64,000 nucleotides of DNA. Origin: Candidatus Eiseniibacteriota bacterium (lineage in GTDB: Bacteria > Eisenbacteria > RBG-16-71-46 > SZUA-252). This document shows, one piece after another, positions 10,003 through 18,529 of the stretch. Made by a program: the position numbers and the translations under genes. The stretch is taken from the NCBI GenBank assembly GCA_005893305.1, contig VBOZ01000017.1:12853-76852 (forward strand), read 5' to 3'. The notes beneath the pieces were generated by a model that saw only the letters and a list, made by a program, of their open reading frames with translations, had not been told where the DNA came from and ran no database searches. Numbering within the stretch: the stretch's first letter is position 1; each line of letters begins with the position of its first letter.

Positions 10003-12680
10003 TGCGAACGACCGGAAGCAACGAGCTCCGCCAGCTCTTCATCGATTTCTTCAAGGAGCGTGGGCATCCGCACCTCCCCCAAGCTCCCCTCGTCCCGCTC
10101 GACGATCCGACGCTGCTCTTTACGTCGGCGGGGATGGTTCCGTTCAAGCCGTACTACTCGTCGCCGCTCCCTCCGCCGACGCGCCGCGCGGTCACGGTCC
10201 AGCGGTGTCTTCGCCTCACCGACATCGAGAACGTCGGAATCACCGTGCGCCACGCCACCTTCTTCGAGATGCTGGGCAACTTCTCGTTTGGCGACTACTT
10301 CAAGCGCGAGGCGATCGAGTGGGCGTGGGAGTTCGCCACGAAGGTTCTGGAGATGCCGGCGGACCGGCTCTGGCCCTCGGTGTTTCGCGAGGACGATGAG
10401 GCCTTCGATCTCTGGGCCAAGCACATCGGCCTCGGGGCGAAGCGCGTGGTCCGCCTGGGCGAAAAGGACAATTTCTGGGGCCCGGCGGGCGGCTCCGGCC
10501 CGTGCGGCCCCTGCTCGGAGATCTACTGGGATCAGGGCCCCGGGGTCGGCTGCGGCCGCGCCGAATGCGCGCCCGGCTGCGACTGCGAGCGCTTCCTCGA
10601 GTTCTGGAATCTCGTGTTTCCCCAATTCGACCAGGCACCCACGGGCGAGCGGAAGCCGCTCGCGAACCGGGGCATCGACACCGGGATGGGCCTCGAGCGG
10701 CTCGCCATGATCCTCCAGGGCGTTCCGTCGGTCTTCGACAACGATCTTCTAGCGCCGATCGGCGACGCGGTGCGGCGGATGGGGAGCGCCAAGGAAGCGG
10801 CGGGCGACCGCGGCCGCCACGCGTCGCGCGTCATCACCGACCACATGCGCGCGCTCGTCTTCACCTTCGCCGAGGGGTTGCTTCCCTCGAACGAGGGACG
10901 CGGCTACGTGGTGCGGCGCCTGCTCCGCCGCGCGGCCCGGCTCGGCCGCTACGTCGGGATCCAGGGCACGTTCCTCTCGCGTCTCGTTCCCGTCGTCGTG
11001 AAACAGATGGCCGCGTACGAGGAGTACGCGTTTCTCGAGCGGGAAGAGCCGGCGGTCGCTGCGGCGATCCTCGAGGAGGAGACGCGGTTCGCGGAGACGT
11101 TGGAGCAGGGAGTGGCGCGTTTCGAGGAGACCGCGGCGGCACTGGAGAAGCGGAAGGAAAAGTCGTTCCCGGGCGCGGTTGCCTTTCAGCTCTACGACAC
11201 GTTCGGATTTCCGATCGACCTGACGATCGAGATGGCGGGCGAGCGCGGCCTCACGGTCGACATGCCCGCGTATGAGGGCGCGATGGAGGAGCAGCGCGAT
11301 CGCGCGCGAAAGTCGGCGCGGTTCGGATCGCGCCGCGACGAGGGGGGCGCCTGGCGCTCCCTGAGCGAGGGGCCGCACTCGGAATTTCGCGGATACGACG
11401 AGTGGGCTCTCGACGGCGTCTCGATTCGCGCGATGCGCGACCTCCCGGCCGGCGGCGCGGGCGCGCCCCGGGAGATCGAGCTCACGCTAGACCGGACGCC
11501 CTTCTACGCGGAAGGGGGCGGGCAGGTCGGGGATACCGGCTGGATCACGTCGATGCAGGGCGCCGCGAAGGCGCGCCTCCGCGTCGTCGATACGTACCGG
11601 GAGGGCGATTCGATCGTCCACCGGGCGGAGATCGTGGAAGGGACGCCGCACGCCGGCCCGTACCGCGCCGAGGTCCACGCGGAGAAGCGCGCGGCGACCC
11701 AGCGGAATCACACCGCCACGCACCTCCTGCACGCGGCGCTCCGCGGACGGCTGGGCACCCACTTGAAGCAAGCCGGCTCGCTCGTCGCGCCCGACCGTCT
11801 TCGTTTCGATTTCAGCCATGGGAAGGCGCTCGGGCCCGAGGATCTCCACGCGATCGAGGGCGAGGTGAATTCGAAGATCTTAGCCGACCTTCCGGTCCGG
11901 ACCGAGATCACGTCGCTCAAGGAAGCGCAGGAGAAGGGAGCGATGGCCCTCTTCGGGGAGAAATACGGCGAGCGAGTGCGCCAGGTGATCGTCGAGGACT
12001 ATAGCCGGGAGCTCTGCGGCGGATGCCACGTGCGGCGCACCGGGGAGATCGGCTACATGCGGATCGAGTCCGAAGCCGCGATCGCCGCGGGGACGCGGCG
12101 GGTCGAGGCGTTGACCGGGGCGCTCGCCTACAAGCGCGCGGAGGAGGATCGGGCGCTTCTCCGGGAGCTCGCCGCCCGCCTCGGCGCGCCGCGCGAGCAG
12201 CTGGCGGGCCGGGTTCAAGCGCTCCAGGAAGAGGCGCGCCGGCTCCACGAGCGCCAGACGAAGCAGAGCAAGGAGCAGCTCACCGAGCGGGTTCTCGAGC
12301 TGATCCGGAAGGCCAAGACGAAAGGCGATCCCCCGCTGGTCTCGGCCTCGGTGGAGGCGGCGAGCGTGGAGGAGCTCCGCGACGCGAGCGACCTGATCCG
12401 AAAGGGGCTTCCCAACGGGGGCGGACTTCTGGCCGCCGTGATCGACGGGAAGCTCTCGGTCGCGGCCTCGGTCGGTCCGGAGGCGGTGGATCGCTTGGCG
12501 GCCGATGCCTGGGTGCGCGACGCCGTATCGATCGCGGGGGGCAAGGGCGGAGGGAAGAAAGAGATGGCGGTGGCCGGCGCGAAGGACGCGTCGCGTCTCC
12601 GTGAGATCTTGGAGAGAGGTGTCGCGTTCGCGGAGGAGCGCTTGAAGGGATCGAAGACGGCGAGGTCGGCGGGCGCATGA
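10002..12680 (+). CDS. alaS: alanine--tRNA ligase
   Basis: 892 aa; class II motifs FTSAGMVPFKPYY, GNFSFGDYFK, editing domain HxxxH/CxxxH (NHTATHLLHAAL ... CGGCH), C-terminal DHHA1. Confidence 0.97.
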   Translation: MRTTGSNELRQLFIDFFKERGHPHLPQAPLVPLDDPTLLFTSAGMVPFKPYYSSPLPPPTRRAVTVQRCLRLTDIENVGITVRHATFFEMLGNFSFGDYFKREAIEWAWEFATKVLEMPADRLWPSVFREDDEAFDLWAKHIGLGAKRVVRLGEKDNFWGPAGGSGPCGPCSEIYWDQGPGVGCGRAECAPGCDCERFLEFWNLVFPQFDQAPTGERKPLANRGIDTGMGLERLAMILQGVPSVFDNDLLAPIGDAVRRMGSAKEAAGDRGRHASRVITDHMRALVFTFAEGLLPSNEGRGYVVRRLLRRAARLGRYVGIQGTFLSRLVPVVVKQMAAYEEYAFLEREEPAVAAAILEEETRFAETLEQGVARFEETAAALEKRKEKSFPGAVAFQLYDTFGFPIDLTIEMAGERGLTVDMPAYEGAMEEQRDRARKSARFGSRRDEGGAWRSLSEGPHSEFRGYDEWALDGVSIRAMRDLPAGGAGAPREIELTLDRTPFYAEGGGQVGDTGWITSMQGAAKARLRVVDTYREGDSIVHRAEIVEGTPHAGPYRAEVHAEKRAATQRNHTATHLLHAALRGRLGTHLKQAGSLVAPDRLRFDFSHGKALGPEDLHAIEGEVNSKILADLPVRTEITSLKEAQEKGAMALFGEKYGERVRQVIVEDYSRELCGGCHVRRTGEIGYMRIESEAAIAAGTRRVEALTGALAYKRAEEDRALLRELAARLGAPREQLAGRVQALQEEARRLHERQTKQSKEQLTERVLELIRKAKTKGDPPLVSASVEAASVEELRDASDLIRKGLPNGGGLLAAVIDGKLSVAASVGPEAVDRLAADAWVRDAVSIAGGKGGGKKEMAVAGAKDASRLREILERGVAFAEERLKGSKTARSAGA

Positions 12681-13444
12681 GTGGCCAGGGGCGCATGAGA
12701 GACATCGGACGGTCGCTCGTCGAGTCGGCGGTTCGCCAGGGCGCGGCGCACCTCGTTCTGATCGACCCGGATCGCGTTTCGCCGGAGCGCGCGACCGATC
12801 TCGCGCGCGAGTGCGCGGATGCGTTCGTGGACGCGATCCTGATCGGGAGCAGCACGCCGCCTGAGCGGGATCCCGCCCTCATTCTCGGCGCGATTCGACG
12901 CGGCGCCGACCTTCCGATCATCCTGTTCCCCGGCGCCGCCGATCAGCTCTTTCCCGGGGTCGACGCGGTTCTCTTCCTCTCGCTCCTCTCCGGCCGCGAT
13001 GCGCGCTACCTCGTGGACGAGCAGGTCCGCGGCGCGCCCAAGCTCCTGGCGTGGGGGATCGAGGCGATTCCGACCGGGTATCTCCTGATCGGAGACTCGG
13101 AGGAGTCGACCGTCGCGCGCGCGACCGGCACCTCGCCGCTTCCCGCCGAGCCGCCCGCCCGGGTCGTGGCCCACGCTCAGGCGGCGGCCTGCCTCGGGAT
13201 GGCGATGGTCTACCTCGAAGGCGGGAGCGGAGCCCGTAGCCACGTGCCCGCCTCCCTCGTCCGCGCGGTATCGCGCGCCGTGCCGACGCCGGTCGCGGTC
13301 GGCGGCGGCATCCGCCATCCCGCCGAGGCGGCCGCGCTGGTCGCCGCGGGCGCGCGGTTCATCGTGACGGGCACCGCGCACGAACGGGGGCTCCCCGTGC
13401 GCCCCTTCACCGACGCCGTCCACGGCGCCGTGGTGACGGTCTGA
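12677..13444 (+). CDS. pcrB: (hepta/geranylgeranyl)prenylglyceryl phosphate synthase, PcrB/GGGPS family (TIM-barrel)
   Basis: 255 aa; PcrB/GGGPS pattern: HLVLIDPDR..., ILIGSS, FLSLLSGRDARYLV, MVYLEGGSG, AVGGGIR, FIVTGTA; ATG overlaps alaS stop. Confidence 0.75.
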   Translation: MSGQGRMRDIGRSLVESAVRQGAAHLVLIDPDRVSPERATDLARECADAFVDAILIGSSTPPERDPALILGAIRRGADLPIILFPGAADQLFPGVDAVLFLSLLSGRDARYLVDEQVRGAPKLLAWGIEAIPTGYLLIGDSEESTVARATGTSPLPAEPPARVVAHAQAAACLGMAMVYLEGGSGARSHVPASLVRAVSRAVPTPVAVGGGIRHPAEAAALVAAGARFIVTGTAHERGLPVRPFTDAVHGAVVTV

Positions 13445-13446
13445 GC

Positions 13447-14517
13447 ATGGCGATGAAGGCCCTGATCCTGAGCGGCGGCAAGGGAACGCGGCTTCGGCCG
13501 ATCACCCACACGAGCGCCAAGCAGCTCGTGCCGATCGCGAACAAGCCGATCATCTTCTACGGGATCGAAGCGATCCGCGCTTCCGGGATCACGGACGTGG
13601 GGATCGTCGTCGGCGACACCGAGGCGGAGATCCGCGCCGCGGTGGGGGACGGGTCCGCGTTCGGGATCAAGGTCACGTACATCCGGCAGGACGCGCCGCG
13701 CGGCCTCGCGCACGCGGTGAAGGTCTCCCAGGGATTCCTGGGCGAGGACACCTTCGTGATGTACCTCGGCGACAACCTCATCCTGGACGGGATCACGCCG
13801 CTGGTCGAGGAGTTCCGGCGCGACCGTCCGAACAGCCAGATCCTCCTCGCGCGGGTCCCGCACCCGGAGGAGTTCGGCGTCGCCGAATTGGACGGAGATC
13901 GCATCAAGCGGCTGGTCGAGAAGCCGAAGGAGCCCAAGTCCGATCTCGCCCTCGTGGGCGTCTACATGTTCGACGCCACCATCTTCGAGGCGGTCGACGC
14001 GATCAAGCCGTCGTTCCGGAACGAGCTCGAGATCACCGACGCGATCCAGCACCTGATCGACCGCGGGCGGGTCGTACGGCACCACATCATCGACGGGTGG
14101 TGGAAGGACACGGGAAAGCTCGAGGACATTCTCGAGGCGAACCGCATGGTCCTCTCGCGCGCCAAGCGCTCGCTCCAGGGCACGCTCGACGCCCAGACGA
14201 AGGCCGAGGGCGAGGTGATCGTCTCGAAGGGGACCGTCGTCAAGAACTCGATCCTCCGCGGCCCGCTCACCCTGGGCGAGCGGTGCGTCATCGAGAATTC
14301 GTACATCGGACCGTTCTCGTCGATCTACGACGACGTGACGATCCGGAACAGCGAGATCGAGCACTCGATCGTCCTCGAGCGCTGCACGATCCAGGATGTC
14401 CCGGTCCGGATCGAAGCCAGCCTGATCGGCAAGGAGGTCAGCATCCAGCGCTCGCAGCGGAAGCCCTCGGCCTACCGCTTCATGCTCGGCGATTCGAGCT
14501 TGGTGGACGTCCTGTAG
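13447..14517 (+). CDS. sugar-1-phosphate nucleotidyltransferase, long form with C-terminal LbH domain (RmlA/glucose-1-P thymidylyltransferase-like)
   Basis: LILSGGKGTRLRPITHTSAKQLVPIANKPII signature, 356 aa with hexapeptide-repeat C-terminus. Confidence 0.8.
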   Translation: MAMKALILSGGKGTRLRPITHTSAKQLVPIANKPIIFYGIEAIRASGITDVGIVVGDTEAEIRAAVGDGSAFGIKVTYIRQDAPRGLAHAVKVSQGFLGEDTFVMYLGDNLILDGITPLVEEFRRDRPNSQILLARVPHPEEFGVAELDGDRIKRLVEKPKEPKSDLALVGVYMFDATIFEAVDAIKPSFRNELEITDAIQHLIDRGRVVRHHIIDGWWKDTGKLEDILEANRMVLSRAKRSLQGTLDAQTKAEGEVIVSKGTVVKNSILRGPLTLGERCVIENSYIGPFSSIYDDVTIRNSEIEHSIVLERCTIQDVPVRIEASLIGKEVSIQRSQRKPSAYRFMLGDSSLVDVL

Positions 14518-14522
14518 GGCCC

Positions 14523-15383
14523 ATGCGTGTCCTGATCACCGGCGCGAACGGAATTCTGGGACGGGCCCTCTCCGAGCGGTTGGGGGGAGCGCACACGCTC
14601 TACCTCTGGGGACGGGACGAGGCCGACCTGACCGACGAGGCGCAGGTCCGCGGGGCCGGCAAGTCGATCGCCTTCGAGGCCGTCGTCCATGCGGCCGCGA
14701 TGACCAACGTCGACGGGTGCGAATCGGAGCCCGACCGGGCCATGGCGGTCAATCGGGACGCGACGCGCCACGTGGCGGATCTGGCGCGCGAGCGGGGCGC
14801 GATCTTCGTCTACGTGAGCACCGATTACGTGTTCGACGGCTCCAAAGGGTCCCCCTACATGGAAGAGGATCCTACCGGTCCGATCAACGTGTACGGGCGA
14901 ACGAAACTCGCGGGCGAGGAGGCGGCGCGGGCTTCGGGCGCGCCCTGCCTCGTGGTCCGCACCTCCTGGCTCTTCGGCCCGGGAGGGAAGAACTTCGTCG
15001 ATACGATCGCGACGAAGCTCGGCCGCGGCGAGAACCTCGAGGTGGTCGACGACCAGCGCGGATCGCCGACCTACGCGCGGGATCTGGCCCACGCGATCGA
15101 GATCCTCCTTCGACGCGGCGCGCTCGGAACGGTCCACGTCACCAACTCCGGCCAGACCACCTGGCACGGTCTCTCCGTCGAGATCGCGCGGTATCTTGGA
15201 TCCCCGGCCACCGTCGCGCCGACCACTTCCGAAAAATTCCGACGGCCCGCGCCGCGCCCCAAATACTCGGTCCTCTCGGGCGCGCGATTCCACGCGTTGA
15301 CCGGGGAGAGCCTGAGACCGTGGGAGGAGGCGGTCCACCACTACCTGGCCTCCCGGAAGGCGATCGCGGGGGAGCCCGCGTGA
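14523..15383 (+). CDS. rmlD: dTDP-4-dehydrorhamnose reductase-like NAD(P)-dependent sugar reductase (RmlD family)
   Basis: MRVLITGANGILG Rossmann, YVSTDYVFDG, YGRTKLAGE (YxxxK) RmlD motifs. Confidence 0.8.
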   Translation: MRVLITGANGILGRALSERLGGAHTLYLWGRDEADLTDEAQVRGAGKSIAFEAVVHAAAMTNVDGCESEPDRAMAVNRDATRHVADLARERGAIFVYVSTDYVFDGSKGSPYMEEDPTGPINVYGRTKLAGEEAARASGAPCLVVRTSWLFGPGGKNFVDTIATKLGRGENLEVVDDQRGSPTYARDLAHAIEILLRRGALGTVHVTNSGQTTWHGLSVEIARYLGSPATVAPTTSEKFRRPAPRPKYSVLSGARFHALTGESLRPWEEAVHHYLASRKAIAGEPA

Positions 15384-15982
15384 AGCGCGCGAGCTCTGCG
15401 GTCGGCTCAGGGGTGGCGAGCTCGATCCGCCGCGGGCTGGAAGAGTCGGCGGGGCTCCTCCTCGAGCTGCTCGCGCGGGACGGGGCCCGGATCGAGCGGA
15501 TGGCGAAGCTCTTCGGCTCGACCTTGGCGCGCGGCCGGACGATCTTCTTCTGCGGAAACGGCGGGAGTGCGGCCGAGGCGCAGCACCTTGCGGCCGAGCT
15601 GGTCGGGCGCTTCGTTCGCGAGCGCCGCGCGCTCCCGGCGGTGGCGCTCACGACCGACAGCTCGATCCTCACGTCCGTCGGGAACGACTACGGCTTCGCG
15701 CGCATCTTCTCGCGGCAGATCGAAGCATTGGGCCGCCGCGGCGATCTCCTCGTCGTGCTTACGACCAGCGGGAAATCGCCGAACGTCCTCGCGGCGGTCC
15801 GCGCGGCCCGGGCGCGTGGGCTTCGCGTGGCGGGCCTGACCGGCGCGCGCGGGGCCGCCTTCGCCCGCCGCTGCGATCTCTGCATCGTGGTCCCGAGCCG
15901 CTCCACGCCGCGCGTCCAGGAAGCCCACCTCGCCCTCGGCCATCTCTGCTGCGAGCGGGCGGAGGAGATGGCCCGGCGGTGA
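15380..15982 (+). CDS. gmhA: D-sedoheptulose-7-phosphate isomerase (SIS domain, GmhA)
   Basis: FFCGNGGSAAEAQHLAAEL, SILTSVGNDYGF, VLTTSGKSPNVL SIS motifs; GTG overlaps rmlD stop. Confidence 0.75.
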   Translation: MKRASSAVGSGVASSIRRGLEESAGLLLELLARDGARIERMAKLFGSTLARGRTIFFCGNGGSAAEAQHLAAELVGRFVRERRALPAVALTTDSSILTSVGNDYGFARIFSRQIEALGRRGDLLVVLTTSGKSPNVLAAVRAARARGLRVAGLTGARGAAFARRCDLCIVVPSRSTPRVQEAHLALGHLCCERAEEMARR

Positions 15983-16884
15983 TCCGCGACGTTCTGCGAT
16001 CGATGCGGCCCTATCAGTGGACGAAGAACCTCGTCCTCTTCGCGGGCCTGGTCTTCACCCTCAAGATTCTCGAGCCGCCGTTCGTCCTGGCCGCCGTCGC
16101 CGGATTCTTCGCGTTCTCGATCGCGGTCTCGGGCGCCTACCTGGCGAACGACGTCCTCGACGTGGAGCGGGACCGGCTCCATCCCGACAAGCGGAATCGC
16201 CCGGTCGCGTCGGGCCGCCTCCCAATCCGCGCGGCCATGGCGTGGTCCGCGGTGCTTCTGGCCGCCGGCCTGGGCGGCTGCTTTTTCCTCGGACCGCGGT
16301 TCGGCGCGACGGCGGCCGCCTACGTGGCGCTCACGGTCGCGTACTCGCTCTTTCTCAAGCAGGTCGTGCTTCTCGACGTTGTATCGATCGCGCTCGGATT
16401 CGTGCTTCGCGCCACGGCCGGGGTCGAGCTCCTCCGGGATCGAAGCGGCGCCGGAGGACAGCAGATCGAGATCAGCCCGTGGCTTCTCCTCTGCGCGTTC
16501 TTTCTCGCGCTCTTTCTCGCGATCGGAAAGCGCCGGCACGAGCTCGCCGTTCTCGAAGGAGACGCGTCGCGCCACCGCGCGGCACTCGGAAGCTATAACG
16601 AGAAGCTCCTCGACCAGCTCGTGGCCGTCGTGACCAGCGCCACCGTGCTCGCCTACTCCATCTATACGATCGCTCCCGAGACGGTCGCCAAGTTCGGGGG
16701 CCGTCCCCTCTACCTCACCATCCCGTTCGTCCTGTACGGAATTTTCCGCTACCTCTACCTCATGTACGCGCAGGACAAGGGCGGCAATCCCTCCGAGCAC
16801 CTGCTTCGCGACCGCGCGACCTTCGTGAACGTCGCCCTCTGGGCGCTTGCGGTTCTCGCCATTCTCACCTGGTCCCGCCGCTAG
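15979..16884 (+). CDS. UbiA-family prenyltransferase, decaprenyl-phosphate 5-phosphoribosyltransferase (DPPR synthase, Rv3806c)-like
   Basis: RPYQWTKNLVLFAG (cf. RPRQWVKNVLV), AYLANDVLDVERDRLHPDKRNRPVASG Asp-rich motif, ~9 TM helices, C-terminal LLRDRATFVNVALWA resembling DPPR synthase; GTG overlaps gmhA stop. Confidence 0.75.
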   Translation: MIRDVLRSMRPYQWTKNLVLFAGLVFTLKILEPPFVLAAVAGFFAFSIAVSGAYLANDVLDVERDRLHPDKRNRPVASGRLPIRAAMAWSAVLLAAGLGGCFFLGPRFGATAAAYVALTVAYSLFLKQVVLLDVVSIALGFVLRATAGVELLRDRSGAGGQQIEISPWLLLCAFFLALFLAIGKRRHELAVLEGDASRHRAALGSYNEKLLDQLVAVVTSATVLAYSIYTIAPETVAKFGGRPLYLTIPFVLYGIFRYLYLMYAQDKGGNPSEHLLRDRATFVNVALWALAVLAILTWSRR

Positions 16885-16887
16885 GTC

Positions 16888-17756
16888 ATGGTCGCGCCCG
16901 CCGCGATCCGGGTTCGATGCCCGGCAAAGGTCAATCTGGGCCTGTGGGTTCTCGGACGCCGCGAAGACGGATACCACGAAGTCGATACGATCATGCAAGC
17001 GGTGACGCTCGAGGACGAGCTCACGCTCGAGGCGGCGCCGGAGGGCTTCGCGCTCCACACGCGCGGGATCCCGATACCAGCGGACGGCCCCAACCTCGTG
17101 GAGCGGGCTTGGCATCTCATCTCCGAGCGCGCGGCAGAGGCGAAATTCCTATTCCGATCGGAGCAGGGCTCGGCGGCGGGAGCAGCGACGCTGCCGGTTT
17201 ACTCGCGGGAGTGAATCATCTGCTCGCGCTGAGGCTCACGAAGACCGAGCTTCAATCATTGGGGGCGCGACTTGGCTCTGACGTTCCTTTCTTTTTCGAG
17301 GGCGGAACGGCGCGCGCGACGGGCCGGGGCGAGAGGGTGAGACAACTTTGTCCCATCGAGCCCTTCTGGGCGGTCCTCGTAACCCCACCTATAGCAATTT
17401 CAACAACTTGGGCCTACGGCCGCATCAGATTTTATTTGACACCGAAATCGCGCGGAGCTACTCTCCTCGCGTCGGCGATCGGTAGCCGGGAGTGGGGCGC
17501 GGTTGCGGACGCGATGCACAACGTTTTCGAGGACGTTGTCCTTCCAGAGTTCCCAAGTCTCGCAGAGCTGAAGCGCTCACTCATCGGCTGCGGCACGGTG
17601 AATGCGCTGCTGTCGGGGAGCGGATCGACACTCTACGGTGTCACGCGCTCGTTCGACGAGGCGATGAGGGCCGCGAAGGGAATCGCGGGTCGGGGCGCTG
17701 AGGTTCGTGTGGTCAGGACTCTGGAGCGAGGCGTCTACGTTGCCCGACGTGCGTAA
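16888..17756 (+). pseudogene. ispE: 4-diphosphocytidyl-2-C-methyl-D-erythritol kinase IspE, disrupted by a -1 frameshift near 17138-17142 (probable 1-nt deletion in a G-run; likely assembly error)
   Basis: N-terminal part (PAKVNLGLWVLGRREDGYHEVDT...) in frame 16888, GHMP-kinase core (IPIPIGAGLGGGSSDAAG...LSGSGSTLYGV) continues in the -1 frame through 17756. Confidence 0.8.
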
Positions 17757-17866
17757 TTTCATCGTCCCCCACGACGGCGGCAATGCGGTGCGAGGCCAGA
17801 GACATCGGTGAGGTCCTTAGGGCTTCGAGGGATCGGGGCCCGGAACTCGAGGCGGGTGAGACGGTT

Positions 17867-18157
17867 ATGACACTCGAGATAACTGAAGTCCGCGTATCGC
17901 TCAGGGACGATGATAAGCTCAAAGCCTTCGCCAGCATGACGTTCAACGATGCCTTCGTGATCCGGGGTCTCAAGATCATCGAAGGCACCAACGGGATGTT
18001 CGTCGCGATGCCGAGCCGGAAGCGTCCGGATGGGACGTACCAGGATGTGGCCCATCCGATCAACAACGAGACGCGCAAGTTCATCGAGGATCGGATTCTC
18101 GACGAATATCAAAGGGAACGGGCGAAGCAGCCCTCCCTAATCGGAACGGTGCTCTAG
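17867..18157 (+). CDS. spoVG: septation protein SpoVG
   Basis: MTLEITEVRVSL...KAFASMTFNDAFVIRGLKIIEGTNGMFVAMPSRK SpoVG signature; 96 aa. Confidence 0.9.
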   Translation: MTLEITEVRVSLRDDDKLKAFASMTFNDAFVIRGLKIIEGTNGMFVAMPSRKRPDGTYQDVAHPINNETRKFIEDRILDEYQRERAKQPSLIGTVL

Positions 18158-18227
18158 AGGGCGTTTGTACCGTGGCGCCGATCCCTAGAGGTCCGATCGG
18201 GGGAAGGGATTCCTCGTGGTGATGCAT

Positions 18228-18302
18228 TGGGGCGTCGGCAAGTGGTAAGCCAGGAGACTTTGGATCTCCCATTCGGAGGTTCGAATCCTCCCGCCCCAAC
18301 CA
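18228..18302 (+). tRNA. tRNA-Gln (anticodon UUG)
   Basis: Acceptor tggggcg/cgcccca, anticodon stem-loop ggaga-ctTTGga-tctcc, T-arm ggaggttcgaatcctcc, 3' acca. Confidence 0.8.
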
Positions 18303-18451
18303 TACTGCCGCGGGAAGTAGTGAAGATAGGAACAACACACAACTGAGTCCGGCCGGCGGGCCGCGAGCGGTCCCCGTCTCGACCCAAGACAATTGACCTC
18401 GATCGCCGGGCCCCGGAGGCTTCGTCCTCCGGTCCAGCGAGCGCCGCGCGG

Positions 18452-18491
18452 CGCCTCGGGCCCGATTGACGAAGCCGTCAATCGGTCTTCG
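18452..18491 (+). terminator. candidate intrinsic terminator / leader hairpin upstream of prs
   Basis: Perfect 9-bp palindrome cgattgacg-aagc-cgtcaatcg followed within 10 nt by T6 run (gggtctttttta) ~40 nt before the prs RBS. Confidence 0.35.
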
Positions 18492-18529
18492 GGTCTTTTT
18501 TATTCGGCATCGTTTTCAGGGAGGTCGCG

